A stretch of DNA of 64,000 nt, from positions 110,320-174,319 of the forward strand of contig NMRA01000084.1 in the NCBI GenBank assembly GCA_002633005.1, in the 5' to 3' direction. Below the pieces are notes generated by a model. The model was not told the DNA's origin. It saw nothing but the letters and a program-made list of their open reading frames with translations, and did not search any database. The position numbers and the translations under genes were made by a program. This document shows positions 39,618 to 52,601 of the stretch, one piece after another. Numbering within the stretch: the first letter of the stretch is position 1; each line of letters starts with the position of its first letter. The DNA is from Phoronis australis (Eukaryota; Animalia; Phoronida).

Positions 39618-40021
39618 ACAGGATTGCTCATCCATGAACAACCCTGCCCATGTGGCACATACTGAGCCACAACACCACGTTCTTTACAATATCTCTTTTT
39701 ATCACTCCGGCTGGTCTGCTCACCCAGCTTGTACGGAACCCTGCTTTGTAGGTTGTTATAGCCCAGTTGGCTGTTTAGTGTACCCACTTGGTACTTTATA
39801 TGATATTTGCCCATTTGGCAGTTTGTACCCACTTGGTACTTGTTATTGAATTTGCCGTTTTGCTCGACCCAGTTGGTAGGCAATCGGCCAATACCCATTT
39901 GGTATTATGTACCCATTTGGTACTATTGCTAACCTGTGCCACTTAGCATCCGATACTCAATTGTACTTTGGGTATCGGAAATGTGTGTGTTATCTCTTGT
40001 AATTAAGGAACCCATCTGGTT
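39618..40021 (+). repeat. ~400-bp interspersed repeat, near-identical inverted copy of 47382-47783
   Basis: Direct alignment by eye shows only scattered substitutions and small indels. Internal TACCCA(C/T)TTGGTA motifs. The two ORF translations (39541 + and 47471 -) share QDCSSMNNPAH..HTEPQHHV.YNISFYHSGWSAH. Confidence 0.95.
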
Positions 40022-40246
40022 CCTTCTGTGAAATATTTATTTGTAGAGCTGTGACCCTGAAATTCCCAATACAACTTAAAATATACATTATTGTTGTTGT
40101 TTTATTTGTCCCCAATAAATCACTAACCGTTAATTATTGTGCGAAGAATTCAAGGAGAAAGGAAAAAAAAACAAGTGATTTTGATACCACCAGCCTTCAG
40201 CCGTGAGGTATACGTACCTTTCCGCCAGCTGTGTTACTTGTCTGCG

Positions 40247-40530
40247 CAGAGGCGGATCCAGGATACCATAAGAGGGGGGGGGCAACATGTTGCTTCGGGG
40301 AATTGGGCAAAGCGCGATTGTATGTGCACAGGCAGCCCGAAAGTTGCGGGGTGGCGGACCTCTGTTCAAGAAATACATCTCATTGGACTCTTAAAAAAAC
40401 AAAAAAAACCCGGGAACATCTGCTACCGGTCTAAGTTGTTGAACTCAATATTTCCTCACGCTTCACGCTGTTGCTGTTTCATTTTAATTTTGCTTGCGCC
40501 GGCGAAGGGCCACCCCTGAATCTGCCTATG
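40247..40530. mobile_element. Short GC-rich hAT-like MITE
   Basis: CAGAGGCGGATCCAGG at the left and CCTGAATCTGCCTATG at the right. Flanks ctgcg / ctacg. Confidence 0.7.
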
Positions 40531-43500
40531 CTACGACTACATATACCGCTTTATTGGACTTTTTGAATGAATTCTACAAACTTTGAGTTAAGAACTGATA
40601 GAAGATATTTTATGATCATAAACTTCTTTTTCCGCAGTTTTCGTGTAGTCGCCGTCGGGTTTTATTCACAATGTTACAGTTCGTGTTTCTGTTTTGAACG
40701 GTGATGTGTGTCAGTCCCACTGTACGCCCAGCAGGATGTATGATGATTCATTGCTATTGCTATTAAAATCGGTGAATTCGTAACATTCCAAATGAAACTG
40801 TGCACTAAATGTTCATGCCTTTAGAAATGCTATGTAAAATGGTATATTGTATAGTAATGAAAAAGACAATATTAAAATAATATTGTAACATTCGTCTATA
40901 TGTTTTATGATTGTCTTTCGGTAGGAACCGAGAACTATTTTTAGAGAATAAAACATTGCCTGAATGGTTGGAATTTTTGTTGTAAAAAGGCACGTCAGAT
41001 ATTTTGTCACTCTTATGTTAAATTCAGTTTCTGAGAAAGAGAACAATGCCTGTTAACAGTCCTGTGATGGTTTCAATCTGCTTAACGACATACCTTAGTA
41101 GAATTAATACAGATGATTTCTTCAACGACTCCGGTCTACACCATTTAGTGTGATGGATGCTATTAACAAGTTTATGCTTTATTTTCACCGAGAAGGTCCT
41201 CACAATTTTGCAGGGCCAGCGTCCAGCTTCCAAGATTCCCCACTTGTCTTTTAAGTAACTCAGTTTGAAAATGGCAGATATTTTATTATCTCAGAGTAAT
41301 CATCAATTGGATTTTGTTGCGGTAGAGACATTGTTCATTTTTTTCTTTGCTGCAATTTGTTTTCAAAATACCCATCTACAAGGGACTATTGAACTTACCC
41401 TCACAGCAAAATAGTACTCAATATCTTAGCCGTGGTGCCGGATTGGTTGCAAAGTTCTTTGTGACGTCATTTGCAACGTAATACTGTTGGTTGAAATTCT
41501 CTTATTGACTCCAGTCATAGAGAGGGTTTCTCAAACTTACGCAGTGGCATGGCCCGAAAATACATGCACGTACTGCTCTCTGCAGTTTAAAACACACGAA
41601 AAACCTCACATTACATGTATGTAGAGCTCCCCATGGGGCAGATTTTTTTCCAACAAAAATAATTTGCTGTGCTCTCTACTTAGAAGGGAGTCATATGAAA
41701 CACAGTCTTGGATGAATTTCTAATCAAATTCCTTTTATTAATTACGCGTTTCCCAATTATGGCTCCTGTGAATTCGATATATTATTTTTTTGCGCTACAC
41801 TTCATAAAATATTCATATTCAATATTCACATGAATTGACCACATTTGTTGAAATCATTAGATGCACGATTTGCTTGTGCAGAATGATTTTGAATCAAGAA
41901 CGACCTTGAAACATATTTCTGGCACAAGATGACTCATTACCATCAGCAAGCTCCATCTGGTGGTTTGGACAGTTTTGACAACTAATTCTCCCACGGTTAT
42001 CTGCACCAGCAAACGTGGTTAACACTTTTCAACAGGTTAAACGGTGGTCCTCGTATTGCTTGGAGGGTCACTTTTCGACATATCATCGAACCACTCGCTT
42101 CCGTATTTAAATCTTATGAGTCAACTCTCTGCATGGTTTTCGGCTTTTGTTATTAGACATCGTCCGACTCTTGAAGTTGTGATTTCGGTCATCTGGCGTG
42201 CGCCCGTTATTTCCAAGATCAAAGGGTGGATTAAATTGATTTTTAGGCTCCGCATAAAACCGTGAAATAGATAAATCTTAATGTTGTGCCCGTTTGTTAA
42301 CTTGCATGTCGCCGTTTGCACATCCTTTTCTTCGAGCGGGATTCTCGTGAGGGAGTAAACGGCTAGGATTTCCCGCAGAAGTAGCGTTACATGTATAATT
42401 ACAATGGGAAATGGTACGGTTTGTACCAAATCAAGAGAAATTAACTTCAAATGTGGTACGAACGGAATTCAGCAAATGTTTGGACTTGTGGCGGCCATGT
42501 TTCGGCGCAAGAAATAAAAAGATTATTCTGAAAATTGCGTGTTCATTTCTGGTTATTTTGAAAACATTCGACTGTTTAAAGAGAGTCATTTTGTAAGAAG
42601 TAGATTGTGGTGCCGTCAAATTCCTGTTTACGAAGCTTTTAAATGGAAAGAACACAAAAAGTATCTTTAATGCGGAGCTACACTCGGGCGGACATTCGGG
42701 ACCAAAATGTAGTTTATGGAAGACCAGAACCAAGGATTCATTAATGCTAAGAGATTTGATTATTATTAAGTTTGTGAATTTTGTGTTTTGAATATTCTTG
42801 TAGCAACAGAAAAAGCCAGTTTAAATCGTCGTTGAGCCTGTTTCGACTTGCCTGACGTTCTCTGACAAGTTTCTAGTTGACTGAACACAGACGTTGGTTA
42901 AATTAATCAATAATCACCATGTCTTAATTATGCAATCTTGACTGTATGGATTTTACCGAGCGACCGCCGGTATAACTTCGTGCACCGGGCCGGAGAATAT
43001 GCGCAGAACATGCAGGGATTCAAAACATGTTCGCGTAATCGGATTGTATTTCCCTGGCGACCTTAATTTACCCGTTGACAACATTTACAGATTTATCGTT
43101 AACAAAAACTGATATCTGTGGTTTGCTTAAAAGCAAATTGCTTTTCCCAGTTCAATGCCATAGCTACCCCAATTATTCCGTCACATAAACATAGACTTTT
43201 AAGGCCCGTCTTCCTTCGACATTTTAATCGTTAGTACACGTTTCATCTGTCGATCGCACTTATTGAAGTAATCAATTATTTAGGGTCGAAGCAATTTTGT
43301 CGTACCCGCTCCACCTAACACATGAAGCATTCTCTGAGCCCGTGAACGTTGCTCCTGATATCTAATACCCAAGCCATAGCATTCCAAACTGATTTTCGGG
43401 CGGAGGAAAACTATAGCGGTCAGTACTTGTAAATCACACTGTGTCCAACGACAAGCAAGACATTTTCGGATGACACCAGTGAAATAATCGTCCATTTTGA

Positions 43501-45804
43501 AAACGCAAACGATAACGTTTCGCGAACACCTCAAATCGTATGCATCGTATCCATGTCGGTTCGGGAAACTGCCAAGGGGCATACACAACCACAATTTTCA
43601 TCAGCGTAGCCCATAAATCCCCCAATGCCTATGTAATCAATCTATACAGAAGCTAAATAACTTTTAAGAGCATCAACTGGAGAATATCAAATCACCTGTA
43701 GTGAATCACTGAGGTTGTGGGCATTTGCTCTAGCATCTGATATCCACCTCTAATTTAAGGTTGCATGAACTGGTCGTTCTACTACTACTGTACAATAACC
43801 AAGAATAAATTGTGACGAATACGAGTGAACGTCAGCATTTTCTTCATAGAACGTAAACTAATGGTGACAAAAATTCTTTATTTAATAAATTACTTTTTAG
43901 TCAATTCCTGTGAGATTATTCTGTCTAACTGACAGCATTCTAAACAAAGACCAAGCCGTGCATTAAATTTCTCTGGTATTTCCGTGTTTAAAGGACCATA
44001 ACGCGTTACGTCGGAAAAGCGCATTTACTTAATTAGGATTGTTTTGGACGTGATAGACTTCCTGAAGATATCACCTTTGACTAAAGCTAAAAACAATAAA
44101 TCCCTTTGTGTGTTTATGATTTGATAACAAATCATAAATTCTTGCCGTTGACTGTCAGTCATTTGCTGAAGTCGAGGACTGTGACTTACCAGTTAAATAC
44201 GCTTAAAAAATTCGGCTACTTACCCAAGTGGGTCGAGGTATTGAGTTCTAAGTCGTAGTGGGGTTGATGTCGAAACGCTTTTTCGACGATTTTGTCACTT
44301 CATTCTGAGCGCTGTACATCAATAAATTATGAGCACTCGGATGCTGAAAAATGGAATATTGGAACACACTGTTAGATCACAAACGATTGCACACAACTAC
44401 ACAAGCTGTCGCAATTGATAAAGTTCGACAGTTACAGTATGAAAGTTATAATACAGTCGAATGCTAGGGCAACTACCCAAGAAAATCTGGCAAGTGAGTT
44501 TTTATTTCTGTAAGCAAATGATGTTCACAGAGACTGGCCTAATCGTGCGAGGGTCCGTTTGCCGTTGCCTATGGTGATGGCTTGAAATCTAAGTTGTTGT
44601 TTTACGCCCAATGAACGGGTGTGAAGAGAACAGCTTGCAAACACAACATCCGGCCGGGAATAATTATGTTGCCCTGTCCGTCACCTATCGAACGTACGAG
44701 AGTGTTGTCGATTGACGATTGTCGCACATACTCGCCCAAACTCTCTACGACTGTAGAGAGGATCGCCAAGGGTACATCACACGCATGATTATAATCAACG
44801 TTTATATTTTGTCAACCAACAAGATTGTCGTGCGGTTAAAACGGATACCAAACCCGGTTTTGGACTACTAACAAATATTGAGTACGACTTTCCCTTCCAG
44901 TTCTCTGTACAAAGTAATGCCCAGTAGCCCTCGACAACCCTCAAAAGCTTGGGCGATTTATACAACAACTGTAGGGAACAACTACACACCAAGAATCCTA
45001 TCTGCTACTCAAAGAGTACGGATATTTATTTAAAACTTGCTTTTACCGCTCAAATGGTACGCCAGTGTTTCATTAACAGGTGACAGAACGAGGATTGGTT
45101 GAAATCAGCAAAACATCCCGAGATAGATCCTGTCTTCAAAGGGCCTTGCTGCCAAATTATCCTGTATGTCACATGTAAGTTGTGTGCATTAGTAATCACT
45201 ACATTATTTTTAGTCCAGTCACATTTTCAACTAGAAAAACATCATTCTTGACCCATTATTCTGTGTTTGTAATTGTCATTTACTAATAAGCGGAACGTCT
45301 CACATCGAGGTATCTCTAGTCACTGCGTTTCGATACGAGACGAAAGTGAAAGGGAACCAAAAAGACGGTGCTGAGACGTACATGTATGAACCACGTGACC
45401 GGTGTTGTATTCCAGACACGATTTTGTCCAAACTTGAAAATTTCCACACAGCCTCAACACGTTTCACAAGATTTGAGTACGTCCTTTGAACGAGCTTGGT
45501 GTGACAAAAAGTTGAAACAGGATTGATGTCCGATGCCTAGCTGTTTCTACACATCCGTCAAGAAACTCGCGGTTTGGTGAAGGCAAAAATGCGTTACTGC
45601 AAACGGAGTGATTACCTGTTTGATTAATTAGACAAATGACCTTTCACAACTGCGTCATATTTTCATCTCCTATAAAACTTTGTCCATTGCTAGAACACTT
45701 TCGTTATTGATTATTGTATCTTCACGACTGTATTACTCCTTTATGAGCAACCAACGGTAAGTCAGAAGAGTTAGGCATCATCCACTTCCACCGACATAGA
45801 AACC

Positions 45805-45958
45805 AGGTGTGCGTTCAGTAGACGCTAGGACCTACGCTAGGACCTAGCTAAAACCTAGTCAAAGTCACGTGCTCTCATTTAAAATGCACGGCAATACCTC
45901 ACGTAATCTCGCGAAGTCTTGCTTTTTAGCGAGGTCCTAGCGTTACTGAACGGGAGGC
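45805..45958. mobile_element. Small MITE (PIF/Harbinger-like ends), boundaries approximate
   Basis: cgttcagtagacgctaggacct pairs with aggtcctagcgttactgaacg. Internal duplication of acgctaggacct. Confidence 0.65.
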
Positions 45959-47311
45959 AACGGTTTACTATTGGCACTTTTTTCTGTCCAAAAGGTTGGG
46001 CTTATAAGTGTTCAAGATACATACAACTTCTGTCAAAATTTTACCTGATAAGTATCGTCAGGTGCTGTATATTGGCAATAAAAAGATGTTGCTTTAAAAT
46101 ACAGACATTTCAAAAAGTGCGTGGGTAGATATCTTAATTTTCTTAATTTACATTTTTGAAAAATATATTGCATAAAATAATGTACAGCAATAGTAAAACC
46201 GACAGAATCTCTTATCTTAACATTTAATCCTTGGAAATGAACTTTCTTGACCAAGTGTATCAATTGAACATAGTAGATGACCAACTTAATTAATTAGTCA
46301 TCTAACTCGGCTAAAACTCCACCTTCCGACACAACTTACCGATATAAAGCTGCAAGCTTGTAAAGAGTTGGCAGATTATTATTGCTTGAGATACGGCTGT
46401 TCAAATTACCTTGTGTCAGCGTGTCATTTTATTCGGCAAACATGATTTTAACGAATGACGACCTGACAGTTCTTTGCAAAACCAGAACTCACTTCCCATC
46501 TCAGTTGAGGCCAATTTCAAAAGTTGTCTTCAAGAGAGTTTATGACCAAGAATAATTCAACGGCTCGTATACAACAGTGTGCTACGTTGAGAATTGAAGA
46601 TCGAGCGCGGAATCACCAATGCGACAACTCTGTCTAAATCACTTGCAGTTTACTCAACGCGAAAACATTGTGTTCCGTCAAAAATCTTATTGTTTATGAT
46701 CACGCGCTGTTAAAACTAATTGTAAAGAAATTATAAGTCGTGGTCTGGTCATAACGCACAATCATCATTACGTAACACATATATTGGATGTACGTTCTTG
46801 TAATAAGAGCATTGGTGTCAAGCACATATTTATTCATGGAAACGTCCACTGCCAATACAGTATACGTAATTAAGCAACTGAGTACATAACAAGAAATGGG
46901 GAAAAAGAGCTGAGTGTCTCACTCTCGCCAACTCTCAGTTTCACTTGATTGTTCAGTTATACATTAATGCTTTTCTCGTAGGGGATCGAGTCGTTGAAAT
47001 GCTTGCTTCTCTGGCGATTCTGCCTTGCTAAGAAACTAAATGTTTGCTTAACGGTGTCAATCAGACGCTGCTTTACCGATCAAAACTCAAACTAAAACGC
47101 GTCTAGCTGATTCACGTCAAGAAGATTTCAAATAGTTATTATGTGTTAAGGATTTATACGTTTTGCAATCAATCTTGGCTGACGCATTGTTTAGTAGTGG
47201 GGGTAGGAGCTATGAACATCACGTTCACTAATATATGAACAAACAAATAAACGATACAATGTTACCCACTGGAATGATGTTCAGAGGACGTACATACATC
47301 TATACGTAACT

Positions 47312-48254
47312 TGTTGGCTAACGTGACCACCAACACCATATTAGCCATCAGAAAGGCACCTTAGTTTTAATAGACTTACACAACCAGATGGGTTCCTTAA
47401 TTACAAGACATAACACACACATTTCCGATACCCAAAGTGTAATTGAGTATCGGATACTAAGTGGCACAGGTTAGCATAGTACCAAATGGGTACATAATAC
47501 CAAATGGGTATTGGCCGATTGCCTACCAACTGGGTCGAGCAAACCGGCAAATTCAATAACAAGTACCAAGTGGGTACAAACTGCCAAATGGGCAAATATC
47601 ATATAAAGTACCAAGTGGGTACACCAAACAGCCAACTGGGCTATAACAACCTGCAAAGCAGGTTCCGGACAAGCTGAGTGAGCAGACCAGCCGGAGTGAT
47701 AAAAAGAGATATTGTAAGGAACGTGGTGTTGTGGCTCAGTATGTGCCAAATGAGCAGGGTTGTTCATGGATGAACAATCCTGTCCACCGCCACAACTCAC
47801 ATGGGGACCGTGACCCTGGTAGTCACAAGCAATGAGAAAAGGACTGATACCAGTCCCGGATTTGCCTCCATATTCAGTGAAGCTCGCCCCCCCCGCCCTC
47901 CGGGGTGCAGGCACGATGTTAGTCTTGGGGCACGACACACGAGGACAGATTGGATACCTCACGGTGAGCAGTACCGCTCCCGCCAATTTCGAAGCCCAGC
48001 CACACCCTGGTCGCCGAGAGAGCCGGAGTTGTGGTTGCTATACATTACAGGCACCTCTACTGACCCCATACCACACTCACCTAGCAGACACTGCTATGCC
48101 TTAACTACAAGGGAAATTGCACCACACAACTGTGCAAGTACAAACCTACCTGGAGGACCTGCGGTGGTTCCCACCCGAGCATCGCATGGCACAGGACCAC
48201 CCTACGCTCCCGGCCGGGCTTTCCCCGGGTCCAAGCCGCCCCCAAAGGCCAACT
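47312..48254 (-). mobile_element. ~940-bp repeat element, possibly a solo LTR, containing the copy shared with 39618-40021
   Basis: GC-rich block distinct from its flanks. Short inverted ends TGTTGGC / GCCAACT, flanks aact / aacc, and ATTAAA on the minus strand ~55 nt from the 3' end. Outer boundaries are inferred. Confidence 0.5.
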
Positions 48255-48567
48255 AACCCTCACTCATATCGCGGCAAATCCTGGCGAAATTGCCGGTTTA
48301 GGGTACACTTTAGTACCTCAAGTTTATTGCCCCCCAATTATTACGAATCTAATGCATCATGTACATGTATGAGCTAGGGTAGAGCAGCCGAAGACAACTG
48401 GCGTTCAGGTTCCTATGTGCGAAGGTGTTGGTAAAGCGGTGGAACAATTAACTTGCGTACCAGAAGAGGTAAGCCTTGTGACAATGGATGGGGAGTAACC
48501 TCACACGGAAGCATGTGCTGTTAAGGAAACTCGCTGCAAAATTGTACTGAGAACAGAAAGATTGTAG

Positions 48568-48740
48568 TTTTTTTATAAAACATTTTTACTTAGTTTTTTA
48601 ACATTTTTGTTTAGCTATTTTTATTCATTTTTTAAATATTATTTATTTACTTTTTTAATATATTTTTTATTTAGTTTTTATATTTGTTATTTAGTTTTTT
48701 TAAATAGTTTTATTTGCTTTTATTTTTTTATTTTTTACAT
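48568..48740. repeat. T-rich low-complexity tract
   Basis: Degenerate tttttatttagttt units. Confidence 0.85.
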
Positions 48741-49139
48741 AAGATAGGAAAGATGTAATGGTGGAGGAAAGGTAAAGGACCATCAGCATGGGAGATGTCA
48801 TTTCATATAAAGATTATGAACAGATCTAAAATCATTATTCAAACAGTCCTATTTATTTGCTGATGCTTTTAAGATGAAAACCGACAGTTTGATAAAAATC
48901 ATTAATTAAAACCATGTATCAAGCTATCTGCCACAGACAGACCTTCACACGGAAACTTGGATGGCTACTATATGTCTAAGGAAAATAAAATATCTATACA
49001 AATCCTACAGAATACAAATATACGAGAGAGCAGAGCAGCAACAGGCTCTCAGGAATAATGATACCCCAAGACGTATAAAATAGACAACACCAAGTACACA
49101 AATCAGGAAGCAACTTGGTCTACAAAAAATGATTGGCAG

Positions 49140-50749
49140 TAAAGACCTAGGACCCTATCATTGTGTTCAACGAATATCCTAGAGCTAAGCAAAAGGACAA
49201 ATAACATTTGTGCTGTCGATGTCAGGAAAAGATGGGCACAACTAGTCAGTAAATGCAATTAAGTCTAGGGTTCTGGTATCATGAAAGTTTAGTCTAGAAA
49301 GTTCCATTGCTGGCACGAGGTCATCAGCACCATGCAACAAGTTATTGTGTAATTACATGAGAGTGAAACCACAGGCTGGCCCATTACCATGAAATCTGGG
49401 TCAATGAGCACTGCAACTGAATTTGGGCAATGAAGGGTCAAACACTAAGTCCTTGTTTGGAGGCGGGCACTATTTGGGCAATCGTTTGATTCAAAATGTG
49501 TTATAATGGGTTGTGTTAATTAGAGACAGCAAGTGAATTATTGAACACTAGCCTCAATTCACTTTAGTATCTCTTAGTCGGGCACAAACTACAACAGTGA
49601 GTAGCTTCAACAATATTTCTTAAGATTGCCTGTCCAAATAACTTCATGCACACCAGCTTTCTGAAGAACAGCTTCAAAGTCTTGCTTTAGTTTTGAAAGG
49701 CAAATGACATCTCCTTGTGTTAGAAGCTTCGATTCAATGAACTCCAAACAAAACTGTAGAAAAACATCTCTGAAAACTGNNNNNNNNNNNNNNNNNNNNN
49801 NNNNNNNNNNNNNNNNNNNNNNNNNNNNNNNNNNNNNNNNNNNNNNNNNNNNNNNNNNNNNNNNNNNNNNNNNNNNNNNNNNNNNNNNNNNNNNNNNNNN
49901 NNNNNNNNNNNNNNNNNNNNNNNNNNNNNNNNNNNNNNNNNNNNNNNNNNNNNNNNNNNNNNNNNNNNNNNNNNNNNNNNNNNNNNNNNNNNNNNNNNNN
50001 NNNNNNNNNNNNNNNNNNNNNNNNNNNNNNNNNNNNNNNNNNNNNNNNNNNNNNNNNNNNNNNNNNNNNNNNNNNNNNNNNNNNNNNNNNNNNNNNNNNN
50101 NNNNNNNNNNNNNNNNNNNTAATTGATTTTCTTGGGAAATCTTGGATAACATCTGTATCACTTTCAGCAACTTCAGCTTTAGTACTACTGTTGGTGCCTT
50201 GAAACGTTGCTATGCCGTTCTATGTCCTTTCAATTTTCTGGTCTAACACTTGGTCTTCTAGTCTACAGCACTCAGCAGTATACTGTGTAGGCTACCAGGA
50301 CATGCAGCTGTTTTCTGCACAAACGTTTGTGACACCTCTTCTGCTTTTTGATCTACTGATCTACAGAGTTCCACAGTCAATCAGATTTCGTCAGGAAGCT
50401 TTCCTAAGCTTCTTTAGGCTCTGACATTACAATTTTGTGCTGTTTGATAAACCTTGAACTATACAGGCATCACACTCCATGGGAGCAGCCATATTGAAGT
50501 AACTAAGCATAACAATACAATCTGGCTCTCTGATTGGTCAATTCAATAGAAAAGCGCCATCAAGTGGCAGGAATGTGCATCTTATTTTGTGCAACAAAAA
50601 CACCTTTTTTTAAAAAAATGTGCAAGAGTAGACGTGGGAACTTTTTGGAATTTGATTTATAGGTATATTATCTAGCCACATAGAAAAAACTAGGTTGCCC
50701 CCCCAAAGTACTCACAAGGATGACGCTACGAGATCTGGCCCACCGACTA
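49140..50749 (-). mobile_element. Decayed large DNA-transposon fragment (Academ-like) spanning the assembly gap
   Basis: Minus-strand end TAGTCGGTGGGCCAGAT at 50749 is a TAG terminus. Broken coding remnant FLQFCLEFIESKLLTQGDVICLSKLKQDFEAVL..LKK resembles the N-terminal region of such transposases, from memory only. Confidence 0.4.
49780..50119. other. Assembly gap (340 N)
   Basis: Run of n characters. Confidence 1.
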
Positions 50750-51880
50750 CTAGTGTGAACCGAGTGTGCTTTGGTGACGAAATTTTAGGAAGTAGGTTAG
50801 GCACATTTGCGTGCAATATAGGTCAACAAAATGAAAGGTTACAAGATTTTAAAATCGTAAATAAAAATCTTGTGTTAAAATAAGTCAGACATTACTGGGA
50901 ATCTGATATGATTTATACGCCTAAACGGGCGGATGTAACCCACTAGTGTGACAGTGACGCGTTTTCAAAAACTTGGCGCAGTGACATGGATACTGTTTAG
51001 GCCCACTAATAGCCCGGGTGTAGTGGATCCTGGGTTGCAAATGAAAACGACCCTACTTCAGCGGGTAAGGACAACTGTTAGAGTGACTGGCTTAGACCTA
51101 ATTACACCGAAATGAACTAGTATCTACGAAAATCGTAAAATTAAAGGTAACAGCTTAAGCCGGTCATGCCCTCGCTCTAGAGGCACTCGAGCGCAGATTT
51201 CGTACGACTAAGCTATACGCGCCTGGGCAGTGGACAACTTAGCAGGCATGTGAGACGTGATCTCATCGATCATAACGTCCGCCTATCTGGCACTACAGTA
51301 GCCGACTATTCAAAAATCGTCCTGGTGGGAAATACCCGACCACGATGGTAGACGAAAACAAAAGTTGACGCATTAACGGTAAGCGCGATTGGAATAGGTT
51401 AAAATTATGCCGAGAGAACGAAATGTGAAGTATTATAGCAATTGACACGAGTGTTTTAAAATGTTTAACACGTTTTGTTGTTATTATTACTTTTATTTTG
51501 TTAGTTTATTTTTCAATTATTATTTACTTAATTTGTACCAATGTTTTAGTGTACGTTTTAGTTTGTTTATTAGCTTATTATATGTTGGTTTTTTAATTTT
51601 TTCTGTATTATACGTTGGTTTTTTAATTTTTTATTGATTTTTTTTTCGTGGGTGGTAAAGTATATATTTTTTGCCCAAATAATAGGATTTATGTCAGAGT
51701 GCCATAAATCTCATTAGTTTCATTCTTCTAATTTGTCCAGTAGTGGATAGCTCCCATCTTGTAGATATTCAGAGCTGCCAATTTGAATTTTGAGAGGTCA
51801 CATACCATGATCTCCCAATGTTCTATTCTGGGCACCTTATTGCTTCACATCAGTGTAGGCCAACGATATGGAATTTGCGG

Positions 51881-51955
51881 GTCCTCGGTAGCTCAGTGGT
51901 GAAAGCACTAGACCGGCAATTTAGAGACCTGTGGTTCGATTCCCAGTTGGTGTTC
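51881..51955 (+). pseudogene. tRNA-like module (pseudo-tRNA or SINE-type head) with Pol III A and B boxes
   Basis: A box TAGCTCAGTGG at 51889-51899 and B box GGTTCGATTCC at 51933-51943. Anticodon arm CTAGA-CCGGCAA-TTTAG. The acceptor stem pairs poorly, so this is not a functional tRNA. Confidence 0.7.
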
Positions 51956-51977
51956 CTCAGTTTTCTGTGTTTATTTG

Positions 51978-52216
51978 ATACATATACTGCATACATACAT
52001 TACATACATACATACATATATTACGTACAATCATACATTACATACACACATGCATTACATACATAATACATACAAACATACATACATACATACATACATC
52101 ACATATATACATACATTACAAAACATACATTACATAAATACATTACATACATACATACATATATACATGCATACATTTCATACATACATTATATACATAC
52201 ATACATACATTGTATA
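51978..52216. repeat. Degenerate (TACA)n microsatellite, resuming at 52602-52660
   Basis: Run of taca/cata units. It explains the Y/I/H/T-rich ORFs. Confidence 0.95.
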
Positions 52217-52601
52217 ATAATAATACGTTTATTTGTATTGAAGGCCTCTGGCCCAAAGTACAATAAACAAAACAATTAATCAGGCACATTTGCACAAGCA
52301 GTCAACCCATTTAAGAGTTGTTCTCGTCTTTTAAGGGCAAAATACACATATTTAACAGCAGATATATTTGGATTAGCGAGCAGGCGTATACAGGATTCTT
52401 GAGTTGGATGCCTCCATTGAACTTCCTTCATAAAACGTGACCTAAGTTCACAATATCCCTTGCAAACCAACATGAAATGGTATTCATCCTCTACAAGACC
52501 ATCATTGCAAGCCATACATAATCTATTGTAATAATCCACTTTCTCGTGTCTACCCACTTCCACTTGTAGTCTGTGGTTGGAGCAACGTAAACGAGTAAAC
52601 G
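52217..52601 (-). mobile_element. 5'-truncated non-LTR retrotransposon 3' end (C-terminal CCHC region, RTEX-like)
   Basis: ORF reads RLRCSNHRLQVEVGRH..RLCMAC..VEDEYHFMLVC..Y..LR, then a stop, AATAAA and a short (ATT)n tail. 13-bp direct repeat CATACATTGTATA at 52204-52216 and 52602-52614. Confidence 0.88.

Noticed and set aside
39770-39930. Spaced short repeats resembling a CRISPR array
   Set aside because: The repeats are ~13 bp with irregular short spacers, in a eukaryotic context with no cas genes.
39618-47783. A single 8-kb transposon (Polinton or foldback) with 400-bp TIRs
   Set aside because: There is no TSD at the outer ends, no internal ORFs, and one copy appears to continue beyond the shared part.
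47471-48377. Several overlapping 86-171 aa ORFs
   Set aside because: They arise from a GC-rich, stop-poor repeat and contain no protein motifs.
49607-50170. 187-aa and 140-aa ORFs
   Set aside because: They are artefacts of reading through the N gap.
51881-51955. Functional tRNA-Ala(GGC) gene
   Set aside because: The acceptor stem is broken, position 33 is C rather than U, and it is embedded in repeats.
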